Assembly (NCBI RefSeq): GCF_001194135.2
Contig: NC_068987.1
Span: 17,774,556-17,821,116 of the forward strand
Source of the DNA: Octopus bimaculoides
Taxonomy: Eukaryota
Reading direction: 5' to 3'
Length of the DNA: 46,561 bases
The position numbers and the translations under genes are program-made. The notes below the pieces were generated by a model. The model did not search any database and was not told the origin of the DNA. It saw nothing but the letters and a program-made list of their open reading frames with translations. Positions within the stretch are counted from its first letter, which is position 1; each line of letters begins with the position of its first letter. Positions 46,191 through 46,561 of this stretch are shown piece by piece.

Positions 46191-46561
46191 ACTTTATTTT
46201 GTGCGTAATTAAAATTTTTTCCGTCAAGCTGTCTCATAGTCTTATATTAAGACCACTCGTATCTGTGGAATACTCAGCCACTCACTCCTTAATTACACAA
46301 ATAAGAATTGAGGATCGAACAGACTATCGTGGAGACCAAAGGAGATAGCCTATCGCGGAGATCAAGGGAGAATTTCACGTCCACTATTTCTACCGACCTC
46401 TCTGCTGTAAATCAAGAGAAGAGCAAATAGCAAATCATTCGACATGGTAGAAAAGGCAACCAGCCGTCTCTTAAATCACACTAGTGAGAGAACACATTGG
46501 ATAATATAGCTTAAAGCAAACAGAATGAAAGATTTTGAATATAGCCTTCAGGTCGTACATG

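Larger units (their letters stand above)
1..46561. repeat. Pervasive (TA)n, (TG/CA)n, (CT/GA)n, (GATA)n, (TATG)n, (TATAT)n, (TAT)n and (GTT)n microsatellites
   Basis: Examples: 1-60, 238-270, 2690-2790, 3473-3580, 6265-6345, 14150-14346, 15180-15530, 15621-15678, 16060-16210, 20418-20550, 31384-31446, 33280-33480, 36467-36537, 39583-39605, 41250-41288. Confidence 0.98.

Noticed and set aside
3436-46348. ORFs made of YI, CV, HT, SL or LSIY repeats and poly-L or poly-C
   Set aside because: They are translations of microsatellites, open in several frames and on both strands.
1-46561. CRISPR arrays, operons, rRNA or other prokaryotic systems
   Set aside because: There is no repeat-spacer periodicity, no gene-dense coding and no rRNA motifs. 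The sequence is plainly eukaryotic repeat-rich DNA.

Overview
AT-rich, microsatellite-dense eukaryotic (animal) DNA with 20 assembly gaps (about 5.8 kb of N), almost all flanked by simple repeats. The SINE families match ones I recall from octopus genomes, so the source is probably a coleoid cephalopod; this is unverified. I cannot identify any host protein-coding exon by homology, so the window reads as intergenic or a large intron. Its content is (i) about 25 copies or fragments of at least five SINE-like families, (ii) three non-autonomous Tc1/mariner elements, one of them a fold-back of two transposase 3' ends, (iii) a decayed hAT-like transposase, (iv) two or three Penelope-like retroelement (PLE) 3' fragments, and (v) micro/minisatellites. 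The most interesting signal is at 3117-3420 (minus strand): a tRNA-headed SINE whose 3' part is a minimal hammerhead-ribozyme-like motif, with a second hammerhead-like core about 80 bp downstream on the same strand. Both copies have core mutations. Other points of interest are closely spaced inverted SINE pairs (candidate dsRNA/ADAR substrates), an isolated perfect GC-rich hairpin, a CpG-rich YY1-motif promoter candidate at about 45.3 kb and a few unassigned candidate exons. All family names come from motif recall, not database searches.
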